A stretch of 64,000 nucleotides of DNA, taken from Bacteriovoracia bacterium. GTDB taxonomy: Bacteria > Bdellovibrionota > UBA1018 > JBFWNL01. The notes beneath the pieces were generated by a model. That model searched no databases. It saw nothing but the letters and a program-made list of their open reading frames with translations, and had not been told where the DNA came from. The DNA is taken from positions 192,001 to 256,000 of the forward strand of contig JBFWNL010000002.1 in NCBI GenBank assembly GCA_050251055.1, read 5' to 3'. This document shows positions 47,408 through 58,127 of this stretch, in pieces (position 1 is the stretch's first letter; every line of letters begins with the position of its first letter). The translations under genes were made by a program, and so were the position numbers.

Positions 47408-49465
47408 CTAGAGATCGACCTGAAATCCGTTGATCCAGGTTTGCGTGAAAGGTTGACCTGACGAGGCGTTCGATTCCACGGCGCCGATGTCACAAGCACC
47501 ACCTCCCGGACGAGAATTACCCCGCTGATCGACCGTAAGCGTGAGGTTTTGACTGATATTCGCCGGATCCATATAAACGCAAGCGGCGCCACCGTTATCG
47601 ATGGCCATAGACCCGCTGGCGGGTAAAAAAGTTGCGGTCCAGCCGCCATTGTCGTCCAGCGCGCTTAACGAAGAGGGAGTTGACGTGCGATCGGTTCCCG
47701 CACTCAGGCTACAGTCCGTGGCCGCCGTATCCGATAGATTGTACCCGTTGGAAACGATCAGGCCGGAGCTGGCAACGGCACAGTTCGCCGCGCTGCCCGC
47801 GATAATCGTCCCACGGACGTAGATACGACCAGTGGCTCCAGTGGCGTAGAGTGTACGCGAACCTGTGGTCAACCCTGCCGCGTTGTTGTTGCCATAAATT
47901 GTTGAGTAATCCACGTACACCGGCGCACTTGCGGTATAAATGGCTCCGCCATTGTTCTTCGCCGAGTTGGTCGTAAACGTGGAATTACGGACGAAAACGT
48001 TGTCGGCGGTAGAAAAAGCATAGATCGCACCACCTGACCCACCGTTCCCCGTCGCCAAGTTCCCGCTAAAAAGGGAACTATCGATTTCAACTTTCCCTTC
48101 GAGCACCACGATCGCGCCACCGCCTTCACCACCGCCAAGAGTGTTGGCCACCGCGGCGTTGTCCTTAAAAAGAGTTTGGGAGATCTTCACTGTAACCGCC
48201 CCGCCGCTAGGAGCCGTGCCGATCAGCAACGCCCCCGCAGAACCTTGGGCCCGATTGGATTCAAAGACTCCACCGCGAATATTCAGGGTACCGCTGTTAA
48301 AGTAAAGGGCGCCGCCGCGGTAGCCCACGGTCGTACCGCAAGTCAACGTTGCTTCCGTAAACGTACCGCACGCAAAGTTCTGAACGAAATGTACACCATT
48401 CAAATCGAGAATCGAAGTGATTGCGCCGTCCGCCATGATCGCGCCTCCAAAACTCGTAGATTCGTTGTTAGCGGTACCCGATGCGCGCCCTTTGGTCAGC
48501 GTCAGGTTCTGAAGTAATACGGAAATACCCCCGTCAATCTTGAAAACACGAGAATCAAAATCCGCGTCCACCACGCTCGTTGGGCGCTCCCCGGACAACT
48601 CCAGAACGCCACCCATCCCCAGGATGTTCACACTCTTCGAAAGCTGCAGTACGGTGCCTCCGAGTACGATATGGAGATTTTCCGGAATCACGATCATCGT
48701 CGGTCCGCCGGCGACCGTGTCGTGGGCATTCGCCATCCGCACAGCGGCTCGTAGACTGCAGCCGGCATTTCCCGCAGTCTGGCAGGCCGTGTCCGAGGCA
48801 CCCGCTAAGTCGTCCGCTATATCCACCCGCGCCCCGAAATAGACGGCCAGCTTCAACGCCCAGGACTCGTCCCCACTCGAGTTCGATGCTGTGATGGTGT
48901 AGGTCTTGCCCGCCGTGTACTGAGTAGCCGTTCCGGAGACAACACCCGATACGGGATCCAGGCTCAAACCAGACGGTAGCGCCGGATCGACCGAGAAGCT
49001 GAGGCCAATGCCCGTCACTTCGGGCTCCAAGTTGACGCTCTCGCCGATCAGCACAAACATCTCCTCTTCCGGATAGGAAAACCCGGATGGACGCGGCAAC
49101 ACCACCGCCAACGAGATCGTTTGACGGACCACGGCCCCAAACTCGCTAATCATGGAAATCAGGTAGTTCTGGGCGGCGGCGGCCGAGTGAGGCGTACCGG
49201 TAATCATTCCCGTCGCCGGATCAAAGTGCAGACCCGCGGGAAGCGCCGGAGAAATTTCGATGGAATAGGCTTTGGCCGAAAGGACGGGCAAAACGGAAAC
49301 CGAGTTCCCGACTTCGAATACGAAAGTGGAAGCCGGATAAGCGAGCGCCGACGCGGACGCCCGAGTATCTACGTCGTTCACAAGGTTGAGGCTGCACGCC
49401 TGCATCATCGCAAGCGCGATCACGAGAACAATCGGAGGACATGGTCTATCAATCCCAAAGGCCAT
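47408..49465 (-). CDS. Surface lipoprotein: putative Ig domains + CSLREA + GGAI/FxxN beta-helix + choice-of-anchor-Q-like end
   Basis: PALPAGL..DP.TG.I.GT x2; CSLRAA; GGAI repeats; DQRG..R....CDIGAVE. Confidence 0.85.
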   Translation of the reverse strand: MAFGIDRPCPPIVLVIALAMMQACSLNLVNDVDTRASASALAYPASTFVFEVGNSVSVLPVLSAKAYSIEISPALPAGLHFDPATGMITGTPHSAAAAQNYLISMISEFGAVVRQTISLAVVLPRPSGFSYPEEEMFVLIGESVNLEPEVTGIGLSFSVDPALPSGLSLDPVSGVVSGTATQYTAGKTYTITASNSSGDESWALKLAVYFGARVDIADDLAGASDTACQTAGNAGCSLRAAVRMANAHDTVAGGPTMIVIPENLHIVLGGTVLQLSKSVNILGMGGVLELSGERPTSVVDADFDSRVFKIDGGISVLLQNLTLTKGRASGTANNESTSFGGAIMADGAITSILDLNGVHFVQNFACGTFTEATLTCGTTVGYRGGALYFNSGTLNIRGGVFESNRAQGSAGALLIGTAPSGGAVTVKISQTLFKDNAAVANTLGGGEGGGAIVVLEGKVEIDSSLFSGNLATGNGGSGGAIYAFSTADNVFVRNSTFTTNSAKNNGGAIYTASAPVYVDYSTIYGNNNAAGLTTGSRTLYATGATGRIYVRGTIIAGSAANCAVASSGLIVSNGYNLSDTAATDCSLSAGTDRTSTPSSLSALDDNGGWTATFLPASGSMAIDNGGAACVYMDPANISQNLTLTVDQRGNSRPGGGACDIGAVESNASSGQPFTQTWINGFQVDL

Positions 49466-49905
49466 TGGTTACCCCGCTGACGTCCTACCCAAAAACGAAA
49501 ACCCCTCAAGCCCTATGATCTCATTTTTGACTATTTACATCAAGTACAAGAGGGGGTTATAAACCAATTCAATTCATATCTAACCATTTGAAATAAATAG
49601 ATTTTACCATTATCAAGAAAACTTTATGAAATTTTATTAACTATTTGGATTCACTATGATTCTCGGATGTGGGAGTTTTCGAGCACGCATTATTCGATCC
49701 CACCCTCCTCCAAAAACCAAAAAATACGAGCCGATTTGCGCCAAATTTTTCTAGACTGCCCACTCTCCCCACGTAAAAAAAACGCACGAGAATTTAAGAA
49801 AGCTTAACCACCCAGTCACGCACGCGTGTGCATTTCCTTCGGAAATCCCTGCGGATTTGCGTTTTTGGCGACATCGCCTCGCGACGATGCTATCTTCTTA
49901 AAAGA

Positions 49906-50637
49906 TTGACCCAAACAAATCACCGCATCCTCATAGTCGAAGACAATGCCGAAGTCCGCGAGCTAATCGCGGATGCCCTCCACGACGAGTTCATCGTCGA
50001 TGTCGCCGAAACCCTGGGCCATGCGGACGAAAAGCTCAGTCTGCACGCGATCGACTTGATCTTCCTGGATGTGAATTTGCCGGACGGCAACGGATTTCAG
50101 TACTGCTCGAAGATCCGTAATTCACCGACCACACGGGACATTCCCGTGATCTTTCTCACCGGCAACGTCGAAGTGCACGACAAGGTGCTAGGGTTTTCCA
50201 TTGGCGCGGACGACTACATAACGAAACCCTTCCACTTAGAAGAGCTCCGGATGCGCGCCCGCGCGCGCATCGGCCGCGCCCGAACCAGTGGGCCAACCGA
50301 AACTGTTTTGCAGGTGGGAAATCTCCGGCTCGATACCGAACGGCACCGCGCTGCCCTCAATGCGAACGGCCAAGAACTGACCTTGGATACCACGCCCATC
50401 GAATTCAAACTGCTCTTGCACTTCGCTAGACACGGAAAGAACGTCATTTCACGCGAAAATCTCATCGAATTCATATGGGATAAGAACACTTCCATTACCG
50501 AGCGCGCCATCGACACGCACCTCAGCAACCTGCGCAAGAAGGTAACCGCCTGGGATCATACGATCCTTTCCGTGCGTGGCGTGGGCTACAAGTTAGCCAG
50601 CAAAGCCAGCAGCTCGGAAAACCAAAATCCTACGTAA
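49906..50637 (+). CDS. OmpR-family response regulator
   Basis: ILIVED, LDVNLP, GADDYITKPF, winged helix SVRGVGY. Confidence 0.92.
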   Translation: MTQTNHRILIVEDNAEVRELIADALHDEFIVDVAETLGHADEKLSLHAIDLIFLDVNLPDGNGFQYCSKIRNSPTTRDIPVIFLTGNVEVHDKVLGFSIGADDYITKPFHLEELRMRARARIGRARTSGPTETVLQVGNLRLDTERHRAALNANGQELTLDTTPIEFKLLLHFARHGKNVISRENLIEFIWDKNTSITERAIDTHLSNLRKKVTAWDHTILSVRGVGYKLASKASSSENQNPT

Positions 50638-50646
50638 TCCTTAGAC

Positions 50647-53600
50647 TCAGGTACGGGTAGTGGAACGCGGTTTCCCACGCGTATCGCTCAGGTCTGGCAC
50701 CGCGGGCGCGGCCTGGCTGCCGTTCACGGGCGTAAGGCCCGGTTTGGCGTGCGCATGCGCGCCATTTCCATTGCGCGCGGCTTCCCGTTCGGACTCCGCT
50801 AGTTTCTCGGCATGCGTTTTTTTCTCGCGGCTGACGATCATATAAAAGCTAGGTACCACGAGCAAAGTCAGGAACGTGGAAACCACCACCCCACCAATCA
50901 CGGCGAGCGCCATGGGCACCCGGGTCTCGGCGCCCGGACCGATGGCTAACGCGGGAGGAATGGCGCCCACGGTGGTCGCAATCGAGGTCATGAGAATGGG
51001 ACGCAGACGCATGGGACAAGCGTGAATGAGCGCGTCTCGGATATTCATCCCTTGCTCCCGCATGTGGTTGGTGAAGTCGACGAGCAAAATGGAGTTCTTT
51101 TTCACGATCCCCATAAGCAGGATGATGCCGATCACGCTGTACATGTTCAAACTATGCCCGCCGGGAAAAAGGGCGATCAGGGCGCCGGAAATACCGAATG
51201 GCAACGCCATAAGCACCGTAACGGGGTGAATGAAGCTATTGAACTGGGATGCGAGCACCATATACGAGATGATCAACCCCATCACGAGGGCCATGACGGC
51301 CGCCATGCCCGACTCCTTGAACGTCTTCGCGCTACCGCTGACGTTCATTCGGTAGCCCGCCGGCAGCACTTGCTTCGTGATGCGATCGATGGCCTCAAGC
51401 GCCGCTGCCTGCGACTTTCCGGTCGCCACGTTCGCGAAGATACTAATCGCGCGCTCCCGATCCTTACGGGAAATGGACTGAAGCCCAGGCACCCGCTCGA
51501 TCTTAATGACCTGTCCTAGTGGAATGAGCTCGCCGCGGTTGTTGCGGACCATCACCGTGTTTAAGTCCTGAATCTTTTGCTGTTCATCCGGAGCCATCTT
51601 CACGCGGATATCGAAACGATGGCCGCCGCGCGAAAACTTGCCCGCGACCGCGCCACCCATCAGCGCGCTGACCGCTTGGCCCACGTCGGCGACGCTCACG
51701 CCGCGTAGGCGCGCGCGCTCACGGTCGGGTACCACATGATACTCTTCAACGTTCCCGCGATAGTCGGAGTCGATGTCGCTCATCAACCCGGTCTTCTCCA
51801 TCTCGGCCAGCACCTTCTTGGTCGAATCGATCAGCACGTCCCAACGCTCCCCCTGGAGCGCGAACTCGATGGGAAAGCCCCGGCTGCCGGAAAACCCGCC
51901 TTGGGACAAATCCATGATGAAAGCGGATACGCCTTTAATCTGCTTCAAATCGGTCCGTAATGCCGCCGCGATCTCCTGCTGCGTGCGGGCCCGGCCCAGT
52001 TTTTCATCCCTCGGCCTTTGCTCTTTCGCTTTCAAGGTCACGAAGAGCATGGCCGTATTCACTTCACCGCCCCCGAATCCCCCGATCGCGGCGAAATACC
52101 GTTCCGCCTCCGGGAGCTTCGCGACCATATCCTCAACCTCGCGGGTCTTGCCGTCGGTGAAGTCAAACGAAGAACCTTCGTCCGTCTTCAGTCGCATCAA
52201 CAACGTCGACATGTCCTGCGACGGTACGAATTCCTTTTTTAAAAATGGAATAAGCGCCAGGCTTCCCGCGAAAAGCCCCAAAGCGACCAGGACCGTAGTC
52301 CATTTACGCGCCAGCAACGTCGGAAGGATACGCGTATAGATCTGCGCCAGCCGGTGGAAGCCGTCCTCCACGAACTTACCGAGACGAGAAGTTCGTTCGC
52401 CGATCTCCAAAAATTGGGACGTCCGCATGGGCGTCAGAGTGAGCGCCTCGAGCAAGGAGAGGGCGACCGCGACCGAGATCGTCACCCCAAACTGGTAAAA
52501 AAACTTGCCGACGATCCCGCTCATAAACGCGATCGGGAGGAAGATGGCGATGATCGCGGCGGTGGCGGCCAAAGCGGCGAACGTGATCTCGCGGGCGCCG
52601 TCGGAAGCCGCTTGCATCTTGCCCTTGCCGTCTTCGCGATGCCGCACGATGTTCTCGAGCACCATGATGGCATCATCGACCACGATACCGATGGCCAGCG
52701 AGAGGCCGAGCAAGGTAAAGGTATTGAGGGTGAAGTTCAAATATTTAAGGACGATGAATGTCCCCAATATCGAGGTCGGAATGGCCAAGATCACGTTCAT
52801 GGTCGCCGACCACGAACCCAGGAATACCCAGCAAACCAGCGCGGTCAAAACGGCCGAGAGCACGAGCGTAAAATTTAGTTCGTGGATAGACTCCTTGATA
52901 AATCGGGTAGAATCGAAGTTGACCCCCAGCTTAACGTTCGGCGGCAGGGTTTTAGAGATTTCCTGCATGCGGGCCCGCACGTTTTCCGCGACCTGCACCG
53001 CGTTCACGCCACGTTGCTTGCGAATCCCCATCCCGACGGCCGGAGCGCCCATCACGCGCGAACGGCGGCGAACGTCCGCCAGGCCCTCCTCGATGGTTGC
53101 CACCTGATCTAGCGCCATGGGCGTGTAATTAGGCAGGCCACCGCGCTTTTGGATCATGAGCCGGCTGAACTCGTCCGCGGACTCCGCCTCGCCCATCGTG
53201 CGAATATTGAATTCCTTATTAGCCACGTCGATGCGGCCGGCCGGAGGCTCAGCATGCTCCATTTGAATCGTATTAATGACGTCGGAAACGGCGAGCGCAT
53301 GCTGATTCAGTTTCTTTTGGGATACCCAAACGCGCAGATTGGGTTCCACGTACCCACCCAAGAAAACGTCCGCCACGCCCGGCACGGTCGCGAAGCGGTC
53401 ACGCAATCGATCGCGCACAAACGACATGAGCTGAGGCAGCGGCATATCGGGCGAAGAAACGGCCATCCACATGATCGGCTGGTCCTCGGGATTGGTCTTC
53501 ATCACGATCGGCGGATCCACGTCCTTGGGTAGCTCGCGCTGCGCCTGCGTGATCTTCGTTTGAATTTCCTGAACGGCGATATCAATGTTTTTATCGAGAT

Positions 53601-53886
53601 CGAACTCGACAGTAATGTTGGCCAGACCGCTACGCGCGGTGGAGGAAACGCCGATGATGCCTTGGATGGACATGAGCGCGCTCTCGATCGGATCGACCAC
53701 GCTGAGCTCCATCACCTCCGGCGCGGCTCCGTTTAGCGTCACCGAAATATTGACCACGGGAAAATCGATGTCGGGAAGCTGTGAAACGCCCATGCGTTGG
53801 AATCCGACCCATCCGAAGAGGATGAGCGAAATCATGAGCATCCAAGCGAATACGGGTTTGCGTATGGACAGGTCGGAAATATTCAC
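50647..53886 (-). CDS. RND efflux permease (AcrB/CusA family)
   Basis: IVVDDAIMVLENI, KKNSILLVDF, RLRPILMTS. Confidence 0.95.
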   Translation of the reverse strand: MNISDLSIRKPVFAWMLMISLILFGWVGFQRMGVSQLPDIDFPVVNISVTLNGAAPEVMELSVVDPIESALMSIQGIIGVSSTARSGLANITVEFDLDKNIDIAVQEIQTKITQAQRELPKDVDPPIVMKTNPEDQPIMWMAVSSPDMPLPQLMSFVRDRLRDRFATVPGVADVFLGGYVEPNLRVWVSQKKLNQHALAVSDVINTIQMEHAEPPAGRIDVANKEFNIRTMGEAESADEFSRLMIQKRGGLPNYTPMALDQVATIEEGLADVRRRSRVMGAPAVGMGIRKQRGVNAVQVAENVRARMQEISKTLPPNVKLGVNFDSTRFIKESIHELNFTLVLSAVLTALVCWVFLGSWSATMNVILAIPTSILGTFIVLKYLNFTLNTFTLLGLSLAIGIVVDDAIMVLENIVRHREDGKGKMQAASDGAREITFAALAATAAIIAIFLPIAFMSGIVGKFFYQFGVTISVAVALSLLEALTLTPMRTSQFLEIGERTSRLGKFVEDGFHRLAQIYTRILPTLLARKWTTVLVALGLFAGSLALIPFLKKEFVPSQDMSTLLMRLKTDEGSSFDFTDGKTREVEDMVAKLPEAERYFAAIGGFGGGEVNTAMLFVTLKAKEQRPRDEKLGRARTQQEIAAALRTDLKQIKGVSAFIMDLSQGGFSGSRGFPIEFALQGERWDVLIDSTKKVLAEMEKTGLMSDIDSDYRGNVEEYHVVPDRERARLRGVSVADVGQAVSALMGGAVAGKFSRGGHRFDIRVKMAPDEQQKIQDLNTVMVRNNRGELIPLGQVIKIERVPGLQSISRKDRERAISIFANVATGKSQAAALEAIDRITKQVLPAGYRMNVSGSAKTFKESGMAAVMALVMGLIISYMVLASQFNSFIHPVTVLMALPFGISGALIALFPGGHSLNMYSVIGIILLMGIVKKNSILLVDFTNHMREQGMNIRDALIHACPMRLRPILMTSIATTVGAIPPALAIGPGAETRVPMALAVIGGVVVSTFLTLLVVPSFYMIVSREKKTHAEKLAESEREAARNGNGAHAHAKPGLTPVNGSQAAPAVPDLSDTRGKPRSTTRT

Positions 53887-55184
53887 TACTGGGCACTCCT
53901 CAGCCCGGCGGAAGCGGGCACGCTGCCGACGGACGTTTCCAGCGCGATGAAGGCCTGTTTAGCCGTGAACTGCGTCTTGTCGAGGGCGCGCTGGGTATCG
54001 ACGAAACTGTTCAGGGCTTGTAACACATCCAGGTTGGTGGTCAAACCCAGGCTATAATCGCGCAGCTGCTCCCGATAGTTCTTTTCGGAAATTTCCAACG
54101 CGCTTTTGTAAGCTTCGATTTGTTTTTGGGTGCTCACCAAGAAGTCGTAGTTAATCAAAATGGTTTCCTGCGCCGTACGACGCAGCCGAGATAGGCCCAG
54201 TTCCGCGACCTTACGGCGTTCGGCGGCTTCGCGCACTTCCGACTGGATCACCCCGCCTTGAAATAACGGAAAAGTGGCCGACAAACCTACATCCCACTTA
54301 GTATCCCGCAGGACACCAGTGCGGGCGAGATAGTAGTTGGCGCCGAAATCAATCGAAGGGAGATGAGCTCCCCAGGCAACGCTCACTTCGGCCTCCGATG
54401 CCTCGACCCGCTCTACCTGGGCGCGAACGTCGTAGCGAGATTCCACACGGGAAAAGTAGGCATCCACGGATGGCAGCGGATTCGGCAACTGAACCGAGTC
54501 CTGAAGCGAGAACTCCCCGGAAACTCCGGTCACCAGCTCAAAATTACGTTTCGCTTGCGCGGCCACGGCCTTGGCGGCCTCCAGCTGCGCCGTCACCGTC
54601 GAGCGCTGAACCTGGGCCGTGAGCGACTCGCCGTTACGTGAGCGACCGATGCGCACGCGCTGGTTGATCTCGGCGACACGTTTTTCCGTCAGCTCCAGGA
54701 GGTGGTTCAAGTTGCGTAAATCCTGCTGCGCGGAAAGGTGGCCATAAAAGGCATCGCCCACCGTTCGATAAAGCTCGACGCGTGTCTGCGACTCCGCGGC
54801 GACCTGGGCCGCGTAGTTGGCGTTCGTTCCCCGCACCGCCGCGAACTCACGTAAACCGCGGAAGATCGGCTGATTCAAGTTGAGACGGGCGTTGTATTGC
54901 ACGGGGTCCGTGAAACTCGAAGTGGGTGCGTTCCCGGTATCTTGCCGAGTATAAGTCCCCACCAAATTGATCGTCGGAAAGATCGCGCCCTTGGCCTGGG
55001 AGACGAGCTCCTCCGCCTGACGAGTTGTCGCCTCCGCGATCGGCACCGTTTCCGTTTTTTGAATAGCAGACACGTAAGCCTGCTCCAACCCCAGGACGGG
55101 AACGGCCTGCGCAGGACCTCCGAATAGCCCCAACGCCAAAGCCAGCGACGACACAATGAACGCGTTCTTTCTTTTGCTAGTCAC
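53886..55184 (-). CDS. TolC-family outer-membrane efflux protein
   Basis: Signal peptide, duplicated OEP pattern (P.I.L...PIF.G; PLFQGG), GLTTNLDVL. Confidence 0.9.
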   Translation of the reverse strand: MTSKRKNAFIVSSLALALGLFGGPAQAVPVLGLEQAYVSAIQKTETVPIAEATTRQAEELVSQAKGAIFPTINLVGTYTRQDTGNAPTSSFTDPVQYNARLNLNQPIFRGLREFAAVRGTNANYAAQVAAESQTRVELYRTVGDAFYGHLSAQQDLRNLNHLLELTEKRVAEINQRVRIGRSRNGESLTAQVQRSTVTAQLEAAKAVAAQAKRNFELVTGVSGEFSLQDSVQLPNPLPSVDAYFSRVESRYDVRAQVERVEASEAEVSVAWGAHLPSIDFGANYYLARTGVLRDTKWDVGLSATFPLFQGGVIQSEVREAAERRKVAELGLSRLRRTAQETILINYDFLVSTQKQIEAYKSALEISEKNYREQLRDYSLGLTTNLDVLQALNSFVDTQRALDKTQFTAKQAFIALETSVGSVPASAGLRSAQ

Positions 55185-55272
55185 TAGCAAAAGGCTAACA
55201 GGACGCGCCTGGCCGTCTACTGAATTTATCTTGACGTAGTGGCGTCAAGATCTTGGAATATCAACGAAAAAG

Positions 55273-57393
55273 TTACTCTACCGTAACCAACAAAGCGAAC
55301 GGTTGCTTACCTGCCTTGCCCTGAGGAACGTTCACGCCCTGAACGGTAACGACGTACTCGCCAGCGGCCAAACCACTCAGCTCCAGCATCTCGTGGTTAT
55401 TCACTCGATCCGCTAGCTGCATTTTTTTCCCATCCGCGCCCGTCACGACCAAGTCGAGGTCGTTTACCAACGCCTTGGCCGCCATCGAGGCCCCTGGGGC
55501 ATCGGTGTACACAAGCGTCGCCCGGAGCTTGCCCGCCGCCCCCACCTCCACCGTGATATCCTTGCGCTCGCCCACGCCCACGCCCGCGGTCTCATCCACG
55601 AATTGGGTTTCCGCCAAGTTCGTCGCTTGATCCATATCCACCCGGCCGTAGCCTTCGTGGATGTTCGGCCGCCGTTTTGGCAATTCCTGGGTGCTTCCTT
55701 CCCCGTACTGACCCGGAAACAGGTCCTTAGCAGAATGGAGCAACGCCGCCTTCACGATCGCCGCCGACGGATTCGCGAGCTTACGGTCCTTGATGAGGTA
55801 CTCGCGCACGACCGTGGCCGCGCCCGCCGTCAGCGGGGTAGCCATCGAGGTACCGCCGGCGTAAACGTAGTTATCGTCGTAGGCACCCCAAAGCAGGCCC
55901 GCCTTCGGGTGCTTGGAGCGGGTGCTGACGATGTTCGTGCCTGGCGCCACGATTTCGGGCTTCAGACGGCCGTCATTCGTCGGACCACGCGAGCTGAACG
56001 CCGCGATCCCGTTTGGATTGTTCGAAAGCGTGTCGGACTTCAGCGGCTCGACGCCCCACTTCGTGGCGCCATCGCGCAGTTCACCGTGAGGCTTTTGAAT
56101 GCCTCCTTGCCCCAACAGATTTTCCGAAGCGCCCACCGTCAACACGTTCTTCGCCGTACCGGGGGAACCAATCGAGTTTTCATCGATGCGCCCGTTCTTG
56201 TCTTTGTCCTGACCGCTATTTCCGGCCGCAAAGAGCACGAGCATGTCGGGATTGTTCCACATGAAGGTATCCACTCGCGAAGCCATGGTCTCGTAGGCCC
56301 CGAAGTTCGTGGCCATGCCCCACGAATTGGAATGAATGCGCGCGCCCTCTTTATAGACGGTGCCCAACAAATCGTCGAAGTTCATGCTCCACGCGATGTT
56401 GTCAATCACCGGGCTCCAGATTCCTTCTGGCAAAAAGGAAGCCCCATAGGCACCGCCGCGCAGGATATCTTTGGACATCTTGCCATTGCCGACGATCGAA
56501 CCCGCCACGTGCGTGCCGTGTCCGTTGGTGTCCTGCCAGCTCGATGAACCCAGACCTTTAGCGTAGCCCTTTTTCACCGCCGAAAGATCCGTGTGGTTCT
56601 TCGCGGTATCCCCCATATCGAGACCGGTATCGGCCATCGAGGCCGTCTGACCGGCGCCCGTCCAGCCACGGGACCAAGCGGCGTCGAAGTTCATGATCTT
56701 CGTCCCGCTTTCGTAGCCATTGAGCGGAATCGGATCGGCCCGAAATCCGGAAATGCGGGATTCAAGATCGCCCGTCATATCGAAAGCAAACGTTTCCAGG
56801 TGCGGAACCTCCTGCACCCACTGCACGCCCGAAAGATTGGCCACTTCGGCAAATGCCTCGGCTTCTACGCGCGCCACCAGGTCCAGGCCGCGCACTTCCA
56901 CTTGTGAAACACCCGTCACACGGGCCAGGCGAGCCGCAAGTTCCCAAGACGATTGGCCTGGCCATACCGTAATCAGGACGACGGGCGATTCGGGAGCGTG
57001 AAACCCATTCTGCGGAGAGGCGAAGAGCGATGGGCTAAGTTTCCACTCACCCTTGAACTCCGAAACCGCGCGAACATTTGTTAACGCTCCGACGACCGTG
57101 CCCGCCGCGCCCGAAGGGCCGCGCACCAGGTAAGCATCGTCCGGCAGATAACCCAAAATCACCAAGCCTTCCGCTTCCAAGCCGGTTCGATCGGCGGCTT
57201 GGATCGTCGACTGGAACTGCACGACGAAAACCCGCTCATCATCTAAGAGGGACGGCCCGGCTTGCTGCAGGACTTCGGCGCTTTCATCACGCAAAGCTAC
57301 GTCGCCGCGAAGCAGATGGAGAGTGTCTCCCGCCACCGCCGTCAGCCCGAACTGCGTTCCGAAAATTAAAGTCGCCGCGAGAATTTTTTTCAT
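55273..57393 (-). CDS. Secreted S8 protease (KP-43-like) with C-terminal beta domain
   Basis: ADTG, GHGTHVAG, AAGN, FSSRGP.DGRLKP, GTSMATP, LVNDLDL. Confidence 0.93.
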   Translation of the reverse strand: MKKILAATLIFGTQFGLTAVAGDTLHLLRGDVALRDESAEVLQQAGPSLLDDERVFVVQFQSTIQAADRTGLEAEGLVILGYLPDDAYLVRGPSGAAGTVVGALTNVRAVSEFKGEWKLSPSLFASPQNGFHAPESPVVLITVWPGQSSWELAARLARVTGVSQVEVRGLDLVARVEAEAFAEVANLSGVQWVQEVPHLETFAFDMTGDLESRISGFRADPIPLNGYESGTKIMNFDAAWSRGWTGAGQTASMADTGLDMGDTAKNHTDLSAVKKGYAKGLGSSSWQDTNGHGTHVAGSIVGNGKMSKDILRGGAYGASFLPEGIWSPVIDNIAWSMNFDDLLGTVYKEGARIHSNSWGMATNFGAYETMASRVDTFMWNNPDMLVLFAAGNSGQDKDKNGRIDENSIGSPGTAKNVLTVGASENLLGQGGIQKPHGELRDGATKWGVEPLKSDTLSNNPNGIAAFSSRGPTNDGRLKPEIVAPGTNIVSTRSKHPKAGLLWGAYDDNYVYAGGTSMATPLTAGAATVVREYLIKDRKLANPSAAIVKAALLHSAKDLFPGQYGEGSTQELPKRRPNIHEGYGRVDMDQATNLAETQFVDETAGVGVGERKDITVEVGAAGKLRATLVYTDAPGASMAAKALVNDLDLVVTGADGKKMQLADRVNNHEMLELSGLAAGEYVVTVQGVNVPQGKAGKQPFALLVTVE

Positions 57394-57516
57394 CTTCTAT
57401 TCCTTCAGGTTTGGTTCTCTCTGATCCCCGTAGTGGATCAGGAAAAAGGGAAAATTCAAAGGGGGTGAGAGAATTTTTTCTTTACAGATGTTAACGCGGG
57501 GCCATACCTTTTCCCC

Positions 57517-58044
57517 ATGAACCGCAACCCATTCTCAGTATTCGCCGCGGCGCTAACCTGCTTCGCATCCATCACGCTTGCCACTGCGGCACCCACCCAG
57601 GCGGCAGCGGAAGCCAGCGGATTTTCCGCTAACGCCGCGCGCTCAACCGAGCTTGGCCTCATCATCGGAGAGCCGCTTGCTCTCTCGGGAAAATTCTGGA
57701 TGGGCAATAACGCGATTGGCGCGGGACTAGGCTACTCCTTCAATAGCTATCTGCTGATTTTCGGAGATTACCTTTGGCACTTTCCCGGCTTATTCGGATC
57801 GCGTCATGAGTTTCTATCGCGCTTGCTGCCGTACGTTGGCGTAGGGGGTTACTTTGGCTTCTCGACGGATCGTCGCTCGCAGATGACCAACGGCGCTGCC
57901 GCATTGCGCATTCCCTTCGGCGCCGAGTACATCTTACCAAAGGCCCCCGTGTCCTTTACCTTAGAACTGGTTCCCGGCATCCGACTCGCGCCCAGCACGG
58001 GCGTTATCCTTCAGGGCGGCTTGGCCATCCGCTACTGCTTCTAG
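57517..58044 (+). CDS. Small outer-membrane beta-barrel (DUF3996-like)
   Basis: LGLIIGEP.ALSGK, RIPFG, LELVP, C-terminal RYCF. Confidence 0.75.
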   Translation: MNRNPFSVFAAALTCFASITLATAAPTQAAAEASGFSANAARSTELGLIIGEPLALSGKFWMGNNAIGAGLGYSFNSYLLIFGDYLWHFPGLFGSRHEFLSRLLPYVGVGGYFGFSTDRRSQMTNGAAALRIPFGAEYILPKAPVSFTLELVPGIRLAPSTGVILQGGLAIRYCF

Positions 58045-58127
58045 TTTTTAAAAACTCGGGAAAAAATGCGGCACCCGAAGCCGGTCGGCATATACGTGAC
58101 CTTGGATGGCGCGAGCGGGCGCGGGAT

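Noticed and set aside
49480-49830. AT-rich intergenic region as a possible island boundary or origin
   Set aside because: No att repeats or DnaA-box cluster seen; consistent with a divergent promoter region
55603-56547. Long antisense ORFs (also 61255-62175, 52505-53107, 36080-36691 and others)
   Set aside because: Expected shadows of GC-rich coding strands; no RBS or motif support
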